Assembly (NCBI GenBank): GCA_963676515.1
Contig: OY781061.1
Location: forward strand, 660,776-724,775
Length of the DNA: 64,000 nt
Reading direction: 5' to 3'
DNA from: Candidatus Cloacimonadota bacterium
GTDB taxonomy: Bacteria > Cloacimonadota > Cloacimonadia > G963667145
The position numbers and the translations under genes are program-made. Below the pieces are notes generated by a model. The model was not told where the DNA came from. It did no database searches and saw nothing but the letters and a program-made list of their open reading frames with translations. Shown one piece after another: positions 1 through 8,203 of the stretch (within the stretch, counting starts at the first letter, position 1; each line of letters opens with the position of its first letter).

Positions 1-89
1 ACAAGGCGTGCGGTGAGCGGAAATGAGGGCTGGTGGTGTGCTTCCTTGCCTTGCTTCCCTCATCCCCGCGAAAGCGGGGATCCAAGGGC
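1..89. repeat. Tail of the 'BA' intergenic repeat unit (window-truncated copy). It reads acaaggcgtgcggtg...ctggtggtgtgcttccttgccttgcttccctcatccccgcgaaagcggggatccaagggc.
   Basis: Near-identical copies lie at 462-553, 40165-40253, 40870-40970 and 53330-53400. It contains a perfect 8-bp hairpin with a GAAA loop. Confidence 0.8.
62..81 (+). other. Hairpin ATCCCCGC-GAAA-GCGGGGAT (GNRA tetraloop), embedded in the BA repeat.
   Basis: Perfect 8-bp inverted repeat read directly from the sequence. Other copies lie at 527-546, 40221-40240, 40938-40957 and 53462-53481. Confidence 0.7.
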
Positions 90-127
90 AGGGATGGGTG
101 GGCTTCACCAGATTGTCAATTCAATAG

Positions 128-350
128 CCTTCGGCTGGACTCCATCTTTTCTTTGAACGCTCAACGAAAAGATAGAGGAGAAAAGAAAACCGCTCCGCTT
201 CAATCCGCCAGAGGGTTGCGTGAGGTGTTTACGGAGTTCCGTGGTGGAGAACACCTCCGAGATTTATTCTTAGCTGTGCATTTTCGATTGCTAGCTTTGC
301 AATGCCATAGATAAAGGTCTGTGTCTCTGGCTCTGCCCGTGAAGCGGAGG
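128..350. repeat. Repeat module 'D', copy 1 (~220 bp). The second copy is at 40415-40639.
   Basis: About 90% identical by eye to 40415-40639 (gctggactccatcttttctttgaacgctcaacgaaaagatagaggagaaaagaaaaccgctccgcttcaatccgccagag...ctctgcccgtgaagcggag). It contains several short internal stems. Confidence 0.8.
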
Positions 351-553
351 TAAGCCCCTACCCATTGATAGCATCGTGTGGGAGAATGGATTCCCGCTTT
401 CGCGGGAATGAGGGCTGGTGGCGATGCGGAGCTGGTGGTGAATAAACATACTGGCGGGTGGTGACACAAGGCGTGCGGTGTGCAGCTATGAGGACTGGTG
501 GTGTGCTTTCTTGCCTTGCTTCCCTCATCCTCGCGAAAGCGGGGATCCAAGGG
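351..553. repeat. 'BA' repeat unit copy. It contains the TTCCCGC-TTTC-GCGGGAA palindrome and the GNRA hairpin.
   Basis: Shares cattgatagcatcgtgtgggagaatggattcccgc...gcgggaatgagggctggtgg...gaataaacatactgg...acaaggcgtgcggtg...ctcatcctcgcgaaagcggggatccaagggc with 40057-40253, 40661-40970 and 53205-53400. Confidence 0.8.
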
Positions 554-644
554 CGAGAGTGAGTGGGAATGAGGGCTGGTGGCAATGCAAAGCAGGTGAT
601 GAGCAAATACAATGGCTGGTGGGAAAGTGATTACCTGCCTAAGC

Positions 645-1646
645 TCATAATGAGGGCTGAGTGGAGGCAAATCGCCAGGTATCGATACAGATTTGCTCCA
701 TTGTCCGTTTCGCTTTCCAATGCAGGTCTTGCATTGCCTTGCTGGAGTCTGCATAGCAGATAGCAATGTCGCCTGCTCTTCTAGGCTCTATTTTGTAAGG
801 GACTTTAACTCCTACCGCTTTTTCAAAAGTTTTGACTATTTGCAAAACAGACACACCTTGCCCTGTGCCCAAATTGTAAGTGTGCAGCCCTACCCCAAGT
901 TTTTGCAATGCGGCCAAATGCCCATCTGCCAAATCACAGACATGGATATAATCTCTAACTCCAGTACCATCTATAGTTGGATAATCATCACCAAATATGT
1001 TCAGAGACTCTCGCCAACCAATAGCCACCTGCCATACATAGGGCATCAAATTATTCGGGATGCCTTGTGGCAATTCGCCTATCAGCCCACTCTCGTGCGA
1101 ACCTACAGGATTAAAATAACGCAACAGAACAACTGACATACCGGGGGAAGAGTTGACAAAGTCGGTCAAAATCCTCTCGCCCATAGCTTTTGTCTCTGCA
1201 TAGGGGTTGGTTGTTGGTAATAGATCCATAGTTTCGGACATCGGAGAAACATTGTCACCATAAACAGTTGCTGACGAGCTAAATACAATTTTATTTACCT
1301 TGAATTTGTGGCACATTTTAGCCACAACCAAAGTAGCATTCAAATTGTTCTTATAATATTTCAAAGGTTGCTCAACGGAGACCCCTACTGCCTTATAGCC
1401 AGCGAAATGGATTACTGCAGCGAAATTGTGCTTCTCAAAGACAGCTTCCATTCGGGCACTATCCGTAACATCCACTTTATAGAAAGTAGGTCTTTTGCTC
1501 GTGATTTGCTCTATATTGTCTATTACCTTTGCGTGGCTATTGCATAGATTGTCGACAATTACCACTTCATACCCAGCCTGCAAAAGCACCACCGCAGTAT
1601 GCGAACCTATATAGCCGGTACCACCGGTAACTAATATTTTGTTCAT
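645..1646 (-). CDS. galE: UDP-glucose 4-epimerase (GalE).
   Basis: 333 aa. N-terminus MNKILVTGGTGYIGSHT, an NAD-binding Rossmann motif. YxxxK and overall GalE-like sequence throughout. Confidence 0.85.
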   Translation of the reverse strand: MNKILVTGGTGYIGSHTAVVLLQAGYEVVIVDNLCNSHAKVIDNIEQITSKRPTFYKVDVTDSARMEAVFEKHNFAAVIHFAGYKAVGVSVEQPLKYYKNNLNATLVVAKMCHKFKVNKIVFSSSATVYGDNVSPMSETMDLLPTTNPYAETKAMGERILTDFVNSSPGMSVVLLRYFNPVGSHESGLIGELPQGIPNNLMPYVWQVAIGWRESLNIFGDDYPTIDGTGVRDYIHVCDLADGHLAALQKLGVGLHTYNLGTGQGVSVLQIVKTFEKAVGVKVPYKIEPRRAGDIAICYADSSKAMQDLHWKAKRTMEQICIDTWRFASTQPSL

Positions 1647-1727
1647 GTAAGTTCCCTATTTATTGATAATTTTAGAATGACCTCTTGTTCTTTTCCCCTT
1701 TACAAACTTAGTCTTAACAGTAGAATA

Positions 1728-2696
1728 TTATCCAATTTTATGAAGATGAAAGTGTCTTTTTTTTACCACAACATAAACTATTGACATGAATGATAAAATA
1801 GCTATTAAAATAAGTAAAGTATTTAGGATACCATAGTCTGACTGCAAAATATATAGTAATAAAAGATTAATTAAAATCTGGATGACGGCATAAATTGTTG
1901 AAACAACTAGATGAGGAATTTTTGCTTCATTTGCCAAAATTTGATAGAGATGTTTGCGATGTGCTACAAAAATATTCTCTTTTAAAATCAATCTATGTAT
2001 TATTGTTAAAACACTGTCCACTCCATATACCGCAAGTAGCAAAACAATAGCAATATTGGGTTCTAAGACAAGCAATTTGCCTATCATAAAAAGAATGATA
2101 AAAACCATTGCCATAGCCCCAACATCACCCGCAAAACATTTAGCTCTTTTTCTAAAGTTATAGAAATTAAAAACCAGAAGCGAAAGGGCTGCACAATAGA
2201 TGAAGCTATTATCTATGAAATGGATATGAAAGGTATTAATCAACCATAAACCGAGAAGAACTGACAGGCTATAAATTCCCGTGATGCCATTAATTCCATC
2301 CATAAAATTATAAGCATTTGTAATCCCAATAGTTAAAACAAAAGCTAATATAACAATCAAAATATTTAGTTCAAATAGACCTAACTGGAAAAACATTAAT
2401 ATCATAGATAACAGATGAACTGTAAGTCTAATTTTATTAGACAAAGTAAACACATCATCTAAAAAACTAATTAAAGTAATAAGAGTTAAACCTATAAAAA
2501 AATAGGGATATTCAAATCCCGATATAAAAAAATAAGCCAAAGCTCCAAAATAGAAAATCACGCCTCCACCTCGGAGTGTTATCGAGGTATGCGAGCTTCT
2601 TTCGTTTGGTTTATCTATTATATTAAAATGATCTGCTAATTTGAAATAGATGTTTATCACCAAAATTAACGATAGAAAGATTATTAGATATATCAT
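1728..2696 (-). CDS. Polyprenyl-phosphate N-acetylhexosamine-1-phosphate transferase, the initiating glycosyltransferase (GT family 4, MraY/WecA/WbpL-like).
   Basis: 322 aa, multi-TM. Carries the motif IDKPNERSSHTSITLRGGGV characteristic of WbpL/WecA-type transferases. Confidence 0.75.
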   Translation of the reverse strand: MIYLIIFLSLILVINIYFKLADHFNIIDKPNERSSHTSITLRGGGVIFYFGALAYFFISGFEYPYFFIGLTLITLISFLDDVFTLSNKIRLTVHLLSMILMFFQLGLFELNILIVILAFVLTIGITNAYNFMDGINGITGIYSLSVLLGLWLINTFHIHFIDNSFIYCAALSLLVFNFYNFRKRAKCFAGDVGAMAMVFIILFMIGKLLVLEPNIAIVLLLAVYGVDSVLTIIHRLILKENIFVAHRKHLYQILANEAKIPHLVVSTIYAVIQILINLLLLYILQSDYGILNTLLILIAILSFMSIVYVVVKKRHFHLHKIG

Positions 2697-2697
2697 G

Positions 2698-3630
2698 TTA
2701 CTTATTAAAAGATTTAATGGTTTTCATCAATCCATCTTCCGCTAAAATTGAGAATGGACCACCAAGAACCTTAGAGATCTTTTTATTAGAAACTACATAA
2801 TTTTCTGTCAATTTCTGCAATCTTACTGTGTTCAAAGGGAGATGCAAAATCGTTCCAATTTTTGCACCCCAAATAATCAGCGACTTAGGTATTTTTAATA
2901 ATCTAGGTCTGATTCCTATAGCTTTTGAAATTATAGATATTAACTTATTCGTTGAAATAGCTTCATCATCAGCTATATTATAGGTTCCATTGGTTACACT
3001 ATTTTCTATAAAATATTTGAATGCAAAACATAAATTACCTACAGATACAAAAGAGCGACTATTCTCGAAAGAAGCCAAAGGCCAAGGAATACCCTTTGAA
3101 ACAATTTTATATAAAAGATTAAGATTACCTTTATTGCCAGGACCGTGAACCATAGCGGGTCTAAAAATATAGAGACTCTTTTGAGAAGAAATCTCGATTG
3201 AATTAAGATAATCTTCTGCCATTACCTTAGATTTACCATAAGCAGTAACAGGATTAGGCTTTGCCAATTCTGTTAATTCTCCTTCAACAACATCTGCTAC
3301 AGCTTTGACAGAACTCATCATAAAGAATTTGGATGCTGTTGATTGATTATACCAATCAAAGATTTTCTTTGTTAAACCATAATTGACATCAATATAAGCT
3401 TGTTCGTCCGAACTATTTTTTAAATCATGAGCCTTACCAGCTAAATGAATAACAGCATCCATATCTTTAATTGCAGACAAATTCTCCCAAGAGTATGTTT
3501 TTTCAACTCCTTCAATAGGATTTGATATAATGTCTAAACCAAATAATTTAAAATTTTCATTTGAGCTGAAATATTGAACAAGGTTTGTCCCTATAAAACC
3601 AGAAATACCTGTTATTAGTATGTTTTTCAT
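2698..3630 (-). CDS. NAD-dependent epimerase/dehydratase family protein.
   Basis: 310 aa. N-terminal GxxGxxG (ITGISGFIGTNL), an SDR-type extended fold. One-base gap from the downstream gene. Confidence 0.65.
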   Translation of the reverse strand: MKNILITGISGFIGTNLVQYFSSNENFKLFGLDIISNPIEGVEKTYSWENLSAIKDMDAVIHLAGKAHDLKNSSDEQAYIDVNYGLTKKIFDWYNQSTASKFFMMSSVKAVADVVEGELTELAKPNPVTAYGKSKVMAEDYLNSIEISSQKSLYIFRPAMVHGPGNKGNLNLLYKIVSKGIPWPLASFENSRSFVSVGNLCFAFKYFIENSVTNGTYNIADDEAISTNKLISIISKAIGIRPRLLKIPKSLIIWGAKIGTILHLPLNTVRLQKLTENYVVSNKKISKVLGGPFSILAEDGLMKTIKSFNK

Positions 3631-4736
3631 TTATATAAAGCTAATGTTTTTTCTATTACACTATCTATAGAAAATTCTCTTTCTGCCAATTTTCTAGATG
3701 CTTCACCCATTTTAATTCTCATAGATTTATCTTTTGCTAATTTCAAAATTTTATCTGCCAACAGCTCGTGATTCTTAATCGGAACTAAATAACCATTAAT
3801 CGAGTCTTGGACACATTCTCTACAACCTGGAGTATCTGTTGTTACTATGGGTCTCCCAATAGCACAAGCTTCTATCAATGATTTAGGCAAACCTTCGCGA
3901 TATGAAGGTAAAACAACAATATCAGCATTTATATATTCAATACTCATATCGTTACTATATCCTTTCCACTCAACACCACATTCTTTTTCAAATTTGTATA
4001 ACTTATTTGTTGAAACAGAACTAAGATTTTGATCATCATTATCTCCAACTAATATAAATCTGATATTAGAAAATCGCTTATTAACAATTTTCGCTGCTAA
4101 ACAAAATTCTTCAACTCCTTTTGTATAAAGCATTCTTGCTGGAAATAACACAGTTAATATATCCTTTTCTACTATCGGAATTGACTTATATTTATTATGA
4201 ATATCTACTCCTGATCCTTTAATTAAGTATGTTAAAGATTTATCATTTAATATACTTAATTTTTTAAACACATCTAAATCATCAGGATTTTGGAATATTG
4301 ATTTCACACTACCATGAAACCCTAATTTAAGCAATTTAGAAAAGAGTCTTTGTTTTAATGTAATTTTATCTGTAGTGAAAAAATAACCTAATCCACTAAT
4401 TGCATTTATTGTTATACAATTTTTAAAAAACCGAGTTGAAATGCCCCCATAAAGACAAGTTTTTAACGCAACATTATGAACAACATCAGGTTTACATCTA
4501 TTTATTAGTTTGAAAATTGTTATAAAAGTTTTAACTTCAACAACTGGATTAATACCTGAGCGTTGTAATTTAATAGGGATATATTTTAAGCCATAGCTTT
4601 CAATCTCTTCTTTTTTACCAGTATCACCTGCAATTACTGTAACATCGTATCCATCTTTTTTAGCTCTCAAAGCAATTGGTAAACGATGTGATAAAAAAAA
4701 CCAATCAACATTAACAATTATAAATAACTTTTTCAT
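3627..4736 (-). CDS. Glycosyltransferase, GT-B fold (GT4 family, WbuB-like).
   Basis: 369 aa. C-terminal EGLPKSLIEACAIGRPIVTTD matches the GT4 E-x7-E region. Sits next to the fnl genes, as L-FucNAc transferases typically do. Confidence 0.65.
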   Translation of the reverse strand: MKKLFIIVNVDWFFLSHRLPIALRAKKDGYDVTVIAGDTGKKEEIESYGLKYIPIKLQRSGINPVVEVKTFITIFKLINRCKPDVVHNVALKTCLYGGISTRFFKNCITINAISGLGYFFTTDKITLKQRLFSKLLKLGFHGSVKSIFQNPDDLDVFKKLSILNDKSLTYLIKGSGVDIHNKYKSIPIVEKDILTVLFPARMLYTKGVEEFCLAAKIVNKRFSNIRFILVGDNDDQNLSSVSTNKLYKFEKECGVEWKGYSNDMSIEYINADIVVLPSYREGLPKSLIEACAIGRPIVTTDTPGCRECVQDSINGYLVPIKNHELLADKILKLAKDKSMRIKMGEASRKLAEREFSIDSVIEKTLALYK

Positions 4737-4749
4737 TATTTTACTCTTT

Positions 4750-6795
4750 TCAATTTTTATCCAAGATTTCTACGAATCTGTTTTCAAGAAATTTCACAAC
4801 TTTCAAAGAACCAGTTTTAGATAAATGCCCTCCATCACTAAAATATATTTCATTATTCTTCTGTCTTAGACAAACTCCATCTTTGCAAAAAGCATCAGAA
4901 GGGTCAATAAAGATTATGTTCTCATTAGACTGAAAATAATCTTTTAAAAATTTATTAAATAAAATTCGATTATGCTTAAAAGTTGAAATTGTTGGAACAA
5001 GACCTAGTAAATATTTTGGACGAAGCAGCTTTTCTATATAATTCAATTCCGAACTGTTCGATGATGGTGTCTCTCCAATAATTATAAAGACTCTGTCAGA
5101 ACCTGACATATTATGAAATTCCCCAATCTTCCGAGCAATTATTTTCCATCCTGTGGAATCATTTTTAATTTTTTTGTATTTTTTCTCAAATTCATCCCAA
5201 GTTTCACATAAGGCAATTTGATCCACCCAAGAATGGCTTAAAATAACTATAGAAGAAGGATGATTATTAATAAACTCCAAATTCTCTTTAAATAGTTTTT
5301 TACTAGTCTCAGAATATCCATCTCTATCATTACGAATGATTTCAGGAAGTTTTAAAGTAGAAAACCAATTTGATATATATATATTCTGTCTATTTTTTTT
5401 AACCATAACTGAATCCAAACCATATAGATAATGTGCTGCATGAGAATCTCCTAACCAAATCATATCTGGCTCTATTCCCTCTTTTGGTTGTTTTCCTACC
5501 CACCCTACTTTATATCCTGCCCCCCCCCAATTATTTTTATGATAATCTTTAGGTACGCCAATCTTTTCTATAAGCACTAAATTCTCATCACTTAATCGCC
5601 ATAAGCACCCTTGAGCATAATTAACTTTTAGTTTAACAATATAAACAGATAAAATAGCAATAATAAGCATTAATAGTAGTGACCTATTCGATTTAATGCT
5701 AAACTTTGCTGTTTTATACCTTAAAGAATTTTCATAATATTTATAGATCAGCGATGAGAGCAAAATCATGACAACAAACATTGCTATTTGTTCCATTGGG
5801 TTAAATTCTCCATCAAAGAGGTAACGATAAAATACAATAACAACCCAGTGGATTAAATAGAGAGTATAACTTATTTCCCCAATATACCTTAGAAACTTAT
5901 TGTTAAAAATGAATTTCAGGTGTTTTGAGGGAGGAAATAACAAGAGTAAACCTGCTCCTATACATGGAAATAAATTAAGAGAACCTAAATAGGGCGTATT
6001 TTTGTTGAATATCATTGCAAAAGCAACAATCATAGTTAACCCTAATAAATTTAGGCTTAACTTAAAATATTCTGATTTTATTTTTTGCACTTGTACAAGT
6101 GCAATTATGCCTCCTATGAGAAACTCAAACATTCTAAAAGGAAGTAGGTAAAATTGTAATGAAGATACTCCTGATGAAATGTCACCTTTAGGAAGGAAGA
6201 AATTAGCAAAATTACTAGGCACGCCACATTTAGAAGTGTAAATTGTAATAAAAAGACTGAATGCAAATATAGCAGACATACTAATTATCACTCCCCTTTT
6301 CTTTTTTGAAAACAATTTCATTAAAAGAAGCAGTGTGACCGGATAAAGTAGATAAAATTGTTCTTCTATTCCTAAAGACCAGGTATGAAGCAACGGTTTA
6401 AAATGTGATGCAATATCAAAATAATCTGAGAGCCCTAAAAAATGAAAATTTGATAGAGCGACAGAACTCATAAACATTGATTTTGTTGCATTCATAAAGT
6501 CGGAAGGAGAAAACGCCAAAAATGTTAGAATGAATACTAAGGAAATTGTTAAAAAAAGGGTGGGCATGAGTCGCCTAACTCTACGAACATAAAAAGTCTT
6601 AAAATTGATTTTCCCAGTTTGCACAAATTCGTGATTCAACAATCTTGTAATTAAGAAACCACTTATCACAAAAAATACATCAACCCCTATAAATCCACCT
6701 TGGAATAGACTTAAATCAAGATGATATAAAACAACTAATAATACTGCTACTGCTCTTATTGAATCGATATGACTCAAATAACTCATTTTTTTCAT
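4750..6795 (-). CDS. Membrane acyltransferase-3 domain fused to a C-terminal SGNH hydrolase domain (OafA/OatA-like O-acetyltransferase).
   Basis: 681 aa. N-terminal multi-TM AT3 region (VLYHLDLS...GFIGVDVFFVISGFLITR). C-terminal GDSHAAH (SGNH) region. Confidence 0.75.
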   Translation of the reverse strand: MKKMSYLSHIDSIRAVAVLLVVLYHLDLSLFQGGFIGVDVFFVISGFLITRLLNHEFVQTGKINFKTFYVRRVRRLMPTLFLTISLVFILTFLAFSPSDFMNATKSMFMSSVALSNFHFLGLSDYFDIASHFKPLLHTWSLGIEEQFYLLYPVTLLLLMKLFSKKKRGVIISMSAIFAFSLFITIYTSKCGVPSNFANFFLPKGDISSGVSSLQFYLLPFRMFEFLIGGIIALVQVQKIKSEYFKLSLNLLGLTMIVAFAMIFNKNTPYLGSLNLFPCIGAGLLLLFPPSKHLKFIFNNKFLRYIGEISYTLYLIHWVVIVFYRYLFDGEFNPMEQIAMFVVMILLSSLIYKYYENSLRYKTAKFSIKSNRSLLLMLIIAILSVYIVKLKVNYAQGCLWRLSDENLVLIEKIGVPKDYHKNNWGGAGYKVGWVGKQPKEGIEPDMIWLGDSHAAHYLYGLDSVMVKKNRQNIYISNWFSTLKLPEIIRNDRDGYSETSKKLFKENLEFINNHPSSIVILSHSWVDQIALCETWDEFEKKYKKIKNDSTGWKIIARKIGEFHNMSGSDRVFIIIGETPSSNSSELNYIEKLLRPKYLLGLVPTISTFKHNRILFNKFLKDYFQSNENIIFIDPSDAFCKDGVCLRQKNNEIYFSDGGHLSKTGSLKVVKFLENRFVEILDKN
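5520..5528 (-). repeat. Homopolymeric C9 tract on the + strand (G9 on the coding strand) inside the acyltransferase CDS. Candidate slipped-strand phase-variation tract.
   Basis: Read directly: ctgc-ccccccccc-aatt. It encodes W-G-G-A (TGG GGG GGG GCA) at about codon 422. The flanking CDS is only ~30% GC. Confidence 0.7.
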
Positions 6796-6874
6796 TTATA
6801 TACCTAATTAACTAAGCTACATTTTTTTGGGAAAGTATTGTCTTAGCAATTCTTAGTATTTTCATTTTGTCCTC

Positions 6875-6902
6875 TTTCCCAAGCTTAGTAAGGCTTGGGA
6901 AA
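6875..6902. repeat. REP-like hairpin TTTCCCAAGC-ttagtaag-GCTTGGGAAA in the intergenic gap of the operon.
   Basis: Perfect 10-bp arms. The arms match the palindrome TTCCCAAGC..GCTTGGGAA in the 'C' spacer module at 40353-40374, 41069-41090, 52508-52529 and 53173-53194. Confidence 0.65.
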
Positions 6903-7018
6903 ATATGAGTCACAAGCATGTTCTCTGGCAAGCTCTTTATGCTTGCTTATCTTGATAGTCTTTCTTGTCTGCATTTCTAGCCAATTCCCGAGAAACAGTG
7001 CTTTGATTCTGATTAAGA

Positions 7019-8197
7019 TCAAAAAAAATCAAATAATTTTTCAAAATCACTTAAATATTCTGTGTAATTAAAGGTTTTATTCGATTCACATTCTAGTTTC
7101 ATCTCTTTAATTTTATTCTGGTTGCATAAAAAAACTTGATCAAAAGATTCAATTAATGAATCAATAGTAGAAATATCCATCAGAAAACCATTTATGCCAT
7201 TTATTAAATAATCTTTAACATTACTAGATTCATTAGTTAAAACAGGTATACCTGAAGAGATAGCTTCAACAAATTTGGTTGGGAAGCCTGCTCTTGTTAC
7301 AAGATTGTCCTCCCTTATAAATACTGAAAAGTCTGCTTCTTTTAGTTTATTTATAACATCTTGGTTTGAGAGTCTTCCATGAAATCTAATATTCTCTTTT
7401 AATGAAAATGGTACTGGGTTTTCTGCCCATATTTCATTATAGTCTTCAAATGATATCCCAATAATGTCTAAATAAAAATCTCTATTAGATTTATTCTTAA
7501 TAGCACCTAATGCAGAAATAATTATTCCAAGAGAATCTTTCATCTTACCTCCAGGAGAACCAGCATATATAAATTTAATTGCCGTATTATCTTTTTTTGA
7601 ACCCTTGTTTTCCCATTTAGGATTTTTCAAATCAACCAAAGGAGGGACTAATATCACATTGTTATTTTGAATTGAATAAAAATCATATAAAAACTTACTT
7701 ATAGTAATAATGCCATCTAATTTTGGTTGAATAATTTTCATTCTAAAGAACGAGTCTAATCCTTTTATCGATTTAAAAAGAAGATTACCCTCTGCCAGAT
7801 ACCACTCTGTACAATCAGATATAATTTTAATATTGTTCCTTTTACAATATTTAAAAAGCCGATATAGAGCTAGAGCAGGATAATTATATGCAATAACAAT
7901 CTTAATTTTGTTCTGTTCAATTATTTTTATAATTTCTGATATTTTCCCTAAATATTTTAACCAGCCTATTTTACTATTAGGGTATTTAACTTTATAATCA
8001 GTTCCATAATTTGATGTAGATTTTGTCGCAAAAATATCTCTGCTACAACTTTTATTATGAGAGACTCCTATATAGATTATTTTATAACCTAAAGTACTAA
8101 GTATTTTTCCATTTGACAATACCCTATGAGCAGCAGCATTTAGATCAGGCAATTCAAATCCACCAATGTATAATATATTCCCTTTCGTGTTCTTCAT
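7019..8197 (-). CDS. Glycosyltransferase, GT-B fold (GT4-like).
   Basis: 392 aa. C-terminal FPTKFVEAISSGIPVL (E-x7-E-like) motif. Confidence 0.6.
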   Translation of the reverse strand: MKNTKGNILYIGGFELPDLNAAAHRVLSNGKILSTLGYKIIYIGVSHNKSCSRDIFATKSTSNYGTDYKVKYPNSKIGWLKYLGKISEIIKIIEQNKIKIVIAYNYPALALYRLFKYCKRNNIKIISDCTEWYLAEGNLLFKSIKGLDSFFRMKIIQPKLDGIITISKFLYDFYSIQNNNVILVPPLVDLKNPKWENKGSKKDNTAIKFIYAGSPGGKMKDSLGIIISALGAIKNKSNRDFYLDIIGISFEDYNEIWAENPVPFSLKENIRFHGRLSNQDVINKLKEADFSVFIREDNLVTRAGFPTKFVEAISSGIPVLTNESSNVKDYLINGINGFLMDISTIDSLIESFDQVFLCNQNKIKEMKLECESNKTFNYTEYLSDFEKLFDFF

Positions 8198-8203
8198 TCT
8201 AAT

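Noticed and set aside
200-766. Minus- and plus-strand ORFs of 60-190 aa inside the GC-rich spacer repeats (200-766, 358-612, 40041-40244, 40414-40878, 40656-40961, 53120-53491 and others). Several share the MDPRFREDEASKARKHTTSPHSCTPHALC motif.
   Set aside because: They are translations of the repeated DNA modules. GC-rich sequence gives long stop-free frames. They show no start context and low-complexity P/S/H/C-rich composition, and the same 'protein' appears wherever the module is copied. Treated as non-coding.
1954-2163. Small antisense ORFs inside polysaccharide genes (e.g. 1954-2163, 8798-9025, 10834-11106, 15269-15517, 16734-17141, 28394-28609).
   Set aside because: They are fully embedded antisense in well-supported conserved enzymes and arise from AT-rich low-complexity composition.
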